33,581 nucleotides of DNA from Desulfobulbaceae bacterium (GTDB taxonomy: Bacteria; Desulfobacterota; Desulfobulbia; Desulfobulbales; SURF-16): contig JANTFJ010000001.1 in assembly GCA_024763495.1 (NCBI GenBank), positions 1 through 33,581 of the forward strand, given 5' to 3'. Both the position numbers and the translations under genes were made by a program. The notes under the pieces are model-generated. The model made no database searches and had not been told where the DNA came from. It was given only the letters and a program-made list of their open reading frames with translations. Numbering within the stretch: position 1 is the stretch's first letter; every line of letters starts with the position of its first letter. Below are positions 29,040-33,581 of this stretch, one piece after another.

Positions 29040-29315
29040 TTATTTCGATCCCTTCCTGTCACCTGCATGACTATAAAATGTTCTGGTTGGAGCATATTCA
29101 CCCATTTTTTGTCCAACCATATTTTCAGAGACAAATACAGGGATAAATTTTCTACCGTTATGGACAGCAAAGGTAAGTCCGACCATTTCAGGTAATATAT
29201 CAGAACGCCTTGACCAGGTTTTTATAACCTTTCGTGAACCGGTTTCCCTGGCGTGATTAACCTTTTTCATTAAATGCTCGTCAACAAACGGGCCTTTTTT
29301 TACCGAACGTCCCAC
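29040..29315 (-). CDS. rpsS: 30S ribosomal protein S19
   Basis: 91 aa from GTG 29315, (M)[18 protein letters not shown]..., with GGGAGAGG just upstream. The ORF-track ATG at 29339 adds 8 atypical residues. Confidence 0.9.
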   Translation of the reverse strand: MGRSVKKGPFVDEHLMKKVNHARETGSRKVIKTWSRRSDILPEMVGLTFAVHNGRKFIPVFVSENMVGQKMGEYAPTRTFYSHAGDRKGSK

Positions 29316-29399
29316 AATCCTCTCCCAAATAAATAACATTTTTTGATATTCAGAGCTTATCTACAGAATCGCAATTCTTTTTAAAACTGAACTATGATC

Positions 29400-29554
29400 G
29401 TAACTACTCACGGGGGGTAGGCACCTAATATTCGCTACCCCCTAATTTATAACTGTTTACAGGTGCCGGAGATTTCCGCGATCAGACTGGCACAGCATAC
29501 TGGTGCTGTGTAAGACAGACAGTTCGCGGGAAAATTCGGTGCCCGAGCAGTTAC
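29400..29554 (+). mobile_element. FH-family MITE abutting the rplB stop codon
   Basis: Ends gtaactactcacggggggtaggc and cggtgcccgagcagttac. Perfect duplication CTATGATC (29392-99 and 29555-62). The right copy contains the rplB stop. Confidence 0.92.
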
Positions 29555-30376
29555 CTATGATCTTCTCTTAACAATATCCTTATCCGAAGATTTCCTTTTT
29601 CTGGTCTTGTATCCTTTCGTCGGTACTCCCCAAGGGGTACAGGGATGACGTCCGCCAGAACTCTTACCTTCACCACCACCCATTGGATGATCGTGAGGAT
29701 TCATGGCAACACCGCGTACACTTGGCCTTTTACCTTTCCACCGATTTCGACCTGCTTTGCCGAGTTTGCGGCTTTCGTGTTCGATATTACCAATCTGGCC
29801 AATACATGCCCGGCATTTACGGTGAAACCTCCGAACTTCTCCGGAAGGAAGCTTTACCAGGACATAATTTCCTTCTTTGGCCATCAGTTGAGCTGAGACA
29901 CCTGCACTTCGTACCATCTGAGCACCTTTGCCGATTCTCATTTCAACATTATGAATAATACTTCCCAAAGGGATATTACCCATCGGCAGACAGTTACCGA
30001 TTTTAATATCAACATTTTCTCCTGCCTCAACTATATCACCGACCTTTATCCCCATAGGAGATAAAATATACCTTTTTTCGCCATCAGCGTAGAAAAGCAA
30101 TGCAATATTGGCAGAACGGTTAGGATCATATTCAATAGAGGCGATCTTGGCGGGAATATCAACTTTATCCCTTTTAAAATCAATAACTCTATATTTTCTC
30201 TTATGACCACCACCGATATGCCTGGCAGTAATTCTACCATAATTATTTCTCCCTCCAGACTTACGAAGGGACTTAACCAATTTTTTTTCAGGTTTGTTTT
30301 TTGACAATTCGGGATTGTATATAGTTACTAATGTTCTTCTTCCCGGTGATGTCGGTTTATAGGTCTTTGTTGCCAT
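29555..30376 (-). CDS. rplB: 50S ribosomal protein L2
   Basis: 273 aa; [15 protein letters not shown]...[14 protein letters not shown]. The stop codon lies inside the target duplication of the adjacent MITE. Confidence 0.95.
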   Translation of the reverse strand: MATKTYKPTSPGRRTLVTIYNPELSKNKPEKKLVKSLRKSGGRNNYGRITARHIGGGHKRKYRVIDFKRDKVDIPAKIASIEYDPNRSANIALLFYADGEKRYILSPMGIKVGDIVEAGENVDIKIGNCLPMGNIPLGSIIHNVEMRIGKGAQMVRSAGVSAQLMAKEGNYVLVKLPSGEVRRFHRKCRACIGQIGNIEHESRKLGKAGRNRWKGKRPSVRGVAMNPHDHPMGGGEGKSSGGRHPCTPWGVPTKGYKTRKRKSSDKDIVKRRS

Positions 30377-30524
30377 TGCAAACCCCGATTATATTATTTG
30401 CGTAAAGCTTATCCGTGTCTTACCTTCATTAATTTTACTTTTTCCAGGAGCATAAAATTTGCTCCCAAAGACAAAATCACAAAGGATGAAGGACTCTAAT
30501 TAATAACGATCAAGTTTAAATGCA

Positions 30525-30550
30525 CGTCTTACGCTCTAGCTGAATAGTTA
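30525..30550 (+). repeat. Solo E-type right end in the rplW-rplB spacer
   Basis: acgtcttacgctctagctgaatagttac-like terminus with no detectable partner end. Confidence 0.45.
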
Positions 30551-30626
30551 CTTAAAATTCAATTATTGAATCAATGTCAAATCCTGTCAGCTTAACATTA
30601 CAAGTTCTCTAAATTGAATAATAATT

Positions 30627-30917
30627 CTAAATTTCTTCCAGAAAATCTACACTATGACCCTCAACCAGAGAGACAATAGCCTTTTTCCAATCCGATCTCC
30701 GACCAGCATAACGCCCCAGCCGTTTTTTCTTACCATGCATATTAGCAGTCCGGACTTTTATTACTTCTACATTAAACAACGCCTCAACAGCCTGTTTAAT
30801 CTCAATCTTATTAGCTCTAGGATCAACCTTAAAAACCAGATGGTTGTATTCTTCCTGAAGAGTCATGCCCTTTTCAGTCAAGCATGGTTTTTTTATTATC
30901 CCATAAATAGATTTCAT
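30627..30917 (-). CDS. rplW: 50S ribosomal protein L23
   Basis: 96 aa; IIKKPCLTEKGMTLQEEYNHLVFKVDPRANKIEIKQAVE. 4-nt overlap with rplD. Confidence 0.95.
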   Translation of the reverse strand: MKSIYGIIKKPCLTEKGMTLQEEYNHLVFKVDPRANKIEIKQAVEALFNVEVIKVRTANMHGKKKRLGRYAGRRSDWKKAIVSLVEGHSVDFLEEI

Positions 30918-31537
30918 GGCTGCAACCTCTCTTCAATTTTATCCAGACTAGGCTGAACTATAATCAATTTCTTATACAGCAGGATATCATAAACATTAAT
31001 ACCAATTACAGGAAGAACCTTATATCCCGGGACATTACGTGATGACCTTTCAAGTTTTTCGTCATGTTCCGGAACAACAATCAGGCAATTCTCAACTTTG
31101 AGATTATCCATAATATCAACAAATTTTCTGGTCTTAAATTCCTCAAGTTGAATTTCGTCAATTATGAGAATATTATCAGCTGAATTACGTGAACTCAGTG
31201 CCATACGCAATCCAATCCTTCTGACTTTCTTAGGAAGATTGAAACTGTAGTCACGGGGTTTAGGGCCAAAAACAGTTCCACCGCCCCGCCACACAGGTGA
31301 CCTTCTATTTCCCGCTCTTGCTCGTCCGGTACCTTTTTGCCGATATGGCTTTGCGCCGCTACCTCTAACTTCTGCTCTAGTCTTGGTACAGGCTGATCCC
31401 TGTCGCCGCTTAGCCAACTGCATGCGCACCACATCATGAAGCAAGTGAGAATCAACATCAACCCCAAAGATTGAATCTTGCAAATCTATCTCACCAACCT
31501 TTTCGTTACTGGTGTTATAAATATTGGTCATTGCCAT
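30914..31537 (-). CDS. rplD: 50S ribosomal protein L4
   Basis: 207 aa from ATG 31537 (GAGGGG about 8 nt upstream), [19 protein letters not shown]... The 20-codon extension in the ORF track runs into a family-D repeat. Confidence 0.92.
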   Translation of the reverse strand: MAMTNIYNTSNEKVGEIDLQDSIFGVDVDSHLLHDVVRMQLAKRRQGSACTKTRAEVRGSGAKPYRQKGTGRARAGNRRSPVWRGGGTVFGPKPRDYSFNLPKKVRRIGLRMALSSRNSADNILIIDEIQLEEFKTRKFVDIMDNLKVENCLIVVPEHDEKLERSSRNVPGYKVLPVIGINVYDILLYKKLIIVQPSLDKIEERLQP

Positions 31538-31575
31538 TTTTCGGCCCCTCACAATTATGGCCTGTTTGGTATTTT

Positions 31576-31714
31576 GTAAGCGCTCGATGAACATCACCCT
31601 GCGATGTACCGATGTATTATCGCAGGCCGTGAAGCATGTACATAACAGCGTCCCTGAACCCCTTACAGTTATGGGTAGTTGTCGACGCTTGGGTGTACTT
31701 TATTGAACACTATC
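31576..31714 (-). mobile_element. Family D MITE, sense to the rplC-rplD transcript
   Basis: Ends gtaagcgctcgatgaac and ctttattgaacactatc. Flanks GGTATTTT (31568-75) and AGTATGTT (31715-22) match 6/8. Lies 38 nt upstream of the rplD ATG. Confidence 0.7.
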
Positions 31715-31882
31715 AGTATGTTAACTCACTAACACACTAAGGTGAAGAAACTATCAGACTTTTCAGGACTCTTTTATACTCCTTTCTCTACTAATCTATT
31801 TTTAAGTGAGCCCTTATATAATATATCCTGAGTTTCTTATTTTGGACTGAAATTCAAACGTAAGATACTAATGTAGAAACTA

Positions 31883-32512
31883 TTACTTTGTATAAATAGT
31901 CAGCATCCCTTGTTTTGCTCCGGGAACCCCGCCTTTAACCAGAATAACATTATCCTGTTCCCTGATATCAAGGATGATAACATTTTTTTTGGTTACATTA
32001 TTATTACCCATACGGCCAGGCATTTTTTTACCTTTGATAACCCTGCTTGGCCAGGCGCTGCAACCTATCGATCCCGGAGCCCGGTGAAACATGGAGCCAT
32101 GAGTTTTCCTACCGCCATGGAAACCATGACGCTTAATAACACCCTGGAATCCACGTCCCTTTGTTATGCCGGTAATATCAACTATATCGCCGACCTTAAA
32201 CAAATCAGTTAGAACTATCTCCTGACCAATTTCATATTGTTCAGGATCATCAACCCGGAACTCCCTGACATGGTAAAAACCACCCTTACCTGCTTTATTA
32301 AAATGGCCAAGCATAGGCTTGTTAATACGCGACTCTTTTTTTGAGGCAAATCCAACCTGAACAGCTTTATAGCCGTCATTTTCATCAGTTTTTTTCTGCA
32401 GCACTATACATGGACCGGCCTCAATGACCGTAACTCCGAATGCTGATCCTTCCTCAGAATAAAACCGGGTCATTCCAATTTTTTTCCCCAATATTCCAAT
32501 AGTCTTAGGCAT
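31883..32512 (-). CDS. rplC: 50S ribosomal protein L3
   Basis: 209 aa, MPKTIGILGKKIGMTRFYSEEG... Confidence 0.95.
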   Translation of the reverse strand: MPKTIGILGKKIGMTRFYSEEGSAFGVTVIEAGPCIVLQKKTDENDGYKAVQVGFASKKESRINKPMLGHFNKAGKGGFYHVREFRVDDPEQYEIGQEIVLTDLFKVGDIVDITGITKGRGFQGVIKRHGFHGGRKTHGSMFHRAPGSIGCSAWPSRVIKGKKMPGRMGNNNVTKKNVIILDIREQDNVILVKGGVPGAKQGMLTIYTK

Positions 32513-32603
32513 TGTTTAACCCAACCTCTGTAAATTCTTAAAAATTTCAATTCAGCTCTTTGCTCCGTCAAAAATTTAACGGAGTTCAAAGCGTTTCTTC
32601 GTG

Positions 32604-32915
32604 TTACAGCTTGATCTCTACATCAACTCCTGCTGAAAGTTCAAGTTTCATTAAGGCATCGATTGTCTGTTGAGTAGGTTCGAGAATATCCAGCATGCGA
32701 CGATGCGTTCTCATCTCAAACTGCTCCCTTGATTTTTTATCAACGTGAGGAGAACGAAGAACACAATATTTATTAATCTTAGTGGGCAACGGAATCGGTC
32801 CCGCAATAATAGCACCAGTCTGTTTAGCTGTCTCAACAATCTCTGCTGTTGACAAATCTATCTGCTTATGATCGTACCCTCTCAATTTGATACGAATTTT
32901 CTGCGTCTGAATCAT
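32604..32915 (-). CDS. rpsJ: 30S ribosomal protein S10
   Basis: 103 aa from ATG 32915 (AAGGA about 8 nt upstream), [22 protein letters not shown]... The 22-codon extension in the ORF track is repeat-derived. Confidence 0.93.
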   Translation of the reverse strand: MIQTQKIRIKLRGYDHKQIDLSTAEIVETAKQTGAIIAGPIPLPTKINKYCVLRSPHVDKKSREQFEMRTHRRMLDILEPTQQTIDALMKLELSAGVDVEIKL

Positions 32916-32929
32916 GTAATTTTCCTTTT

Positions 32930-32950
32930 GTAACCGTTCACCGGGCCGAC
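32930..32950 (-). repeat. Solo C/B end fragment 15 nt upstream of the rpsJ start
   Basis: gtaaccgttcaccgggccgac matches the left end of the inverted C/B copy at 28783. Confidence 0.5.
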
Positions 32951-32959
32951 ATATTTTTT

Positions 32960-33114
32960 GTAAGCGCTCCATGAACACCAACCTGCACGGGCTTCACAAC
33001 CCCTGCAATATACCGATGTATTATCACAGGGCATGGAGTACGTATATGGCGGCATCACTGAACCCCTTATAGTTAGGGGTTGTCGCCTCCTGGATGTACT
33101 TTAGAGCGCTACCC
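32960..33114 (-). mobile_element. Family D MITE, sense to the tuf-rpsJ transcript
   Basis: Ends gtaagcgctccatgaac and ctttagagcgctaccc. Perfect duplication TATTTTTT (32952-59 and 33115-22), although the sequence is low complexity. Confidence 0.8.
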
Positions 33115-33131
33115 TATTTTTTAAAATTAAT

Positions 33132-33353
33132 GTAACTACTCATGGGGTAAGCACCTAATGATTGCAAATCTAACTATTTATAACTATCCAGCTGCACTTC
33201 ATCTGGGGGCGATAATGCTGTCTTATATAGCATTCTGCGCCAGGCTTATCACACACATCTAAAGCACACGGAGTCTCACTTCGTTCGCTTAACTCTGAAT
33301 AATTACTAAACAGTGGTTGTGACAGTTTTTCGCCCCCGACCTGAATCGGTAAT
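33132..33353. repeat. Hybrid: FH left end fused to an inverted E-family element
   Basis: gtaactactcatggggtaagcacctaatgattgcaaatc..., then ataactatccagctgcacttcatctg...cagtttttcgcccccgacctgaatcggtaat. The second part is colinear with the reverse complement of 16240-16413. Confidence 0.6.
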
Positions 33354-33484
33354 AAAAAATTATAAACATTGCCTGCAAGTGTTTACCGGCATTTCAAATA
33401 TGTTTATTTTAATCGTTAAGACATAAATCCCATATACTGGAATGTCAAAATGGACGATAATTGATACAGGCAGACACTTACGGC

Positions 33485-33581
33485 CTATTCAACAATCTCG
33501 TTGATAACGCCGGCGCCGACTGTTCTGCCGCCCTCACGAATTGCAAAACGTAAGCCTTCTTCCATGGCAATAGGGGTTATC
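33485..33581 (-). CDS. tuf: Elongation factor Tu, C-terminal 31 codons (5' part outside the window)
   Basis: Reverse complement reads [31 protein letters not shown]. Position upstream of rpsJ is as expected. Confidence 0.85.
   Translation of the reverse strand, partial: ITPIAMEEGLRFAIREGGRTVGAGVINEIVE

Noticed and set aside
30914-31597. ORF-track N-terminal extensions of L4 (MMFIERLQNTKQ...) and S10 ([12 protein letters not shown]..., 32916-32981) share sequence and might be a conserved leader peptide
   Set aside because: The shared residues are just the translated end of family-D repeats (gtaagcgctc.atgaac). Canonical N-termini with proper SDs start at 31537 and 32915.
1-33581. Searched by eye for tRNA, rRNA, riboswitch-like leaders, integrase or transposase genes and toxin-antitoxin pairs
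   Set aside because: None recognised. All long ORFs are accounted for by the metabolic, transport and ribosomal genes. An automated scan (tRNAscan-SE, Infernal/Rfam) is still needed to exclude small RNAs in the AT-rich spacers.

Overview
33.6-kb bacterial chromosomal window in two parts. (1) + strand, 798-12206: an anaerobe-type aromatic amino acid / arylacetate module, iorA-iorB-paaK-ACT-livKHMGF-paaK2. (2) - strand, 33581 down to 12814: the 3' end of tuf followed by a complete, colinear S10-spc-alpha ribosomal protein cluster (rpsJ to rplQ, including secY, map, infA, rpoA and rpmJ, which I found by hand below the ORF-track cutoff; no adk). Gene content suggests a strict anaerobe (Desulfobacterota-like), but I cannot assign taxonomy from sequence alone. 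The outstanding signal is non-coding. Nearly every long intergenic spacer, including those inside the normally tightly packed ribosomal operons, is filled with short (about 120-310 bp) elements. These elements have terminal inverted repeats, start GTAA... and end ...TTAC, and are flanked by 8-bp direct duplications. I verified 15 such duplications by hand: 8 perfect, 6 at 7/8, 1 at 6/8. There are at least four terminal-repeat families, here called C/B, FH, E and D, plus shared internal modules, nested insertions and hybrid-ended mosaics. GTAA(GCG) tips plus 8-bp duplications are the known hallmark of IS66-family insertion sequences, so I read these as a superfamily of IS66-type MITEs. No transposase gene lies in the window. 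My hand tally puts about 5 kb (about 15%) of the window in these elements. Several insertions sit exactly on translational signals, with a stop codon or Shine-Dalgarno inside the duplication. One family (D) is always in sense orientation to the local transcript. No rRNA, tRNA, CRISPR array or intact autonomous mobile element was recognised. All coordinates and alignments were made by eye and need computational confirmation.
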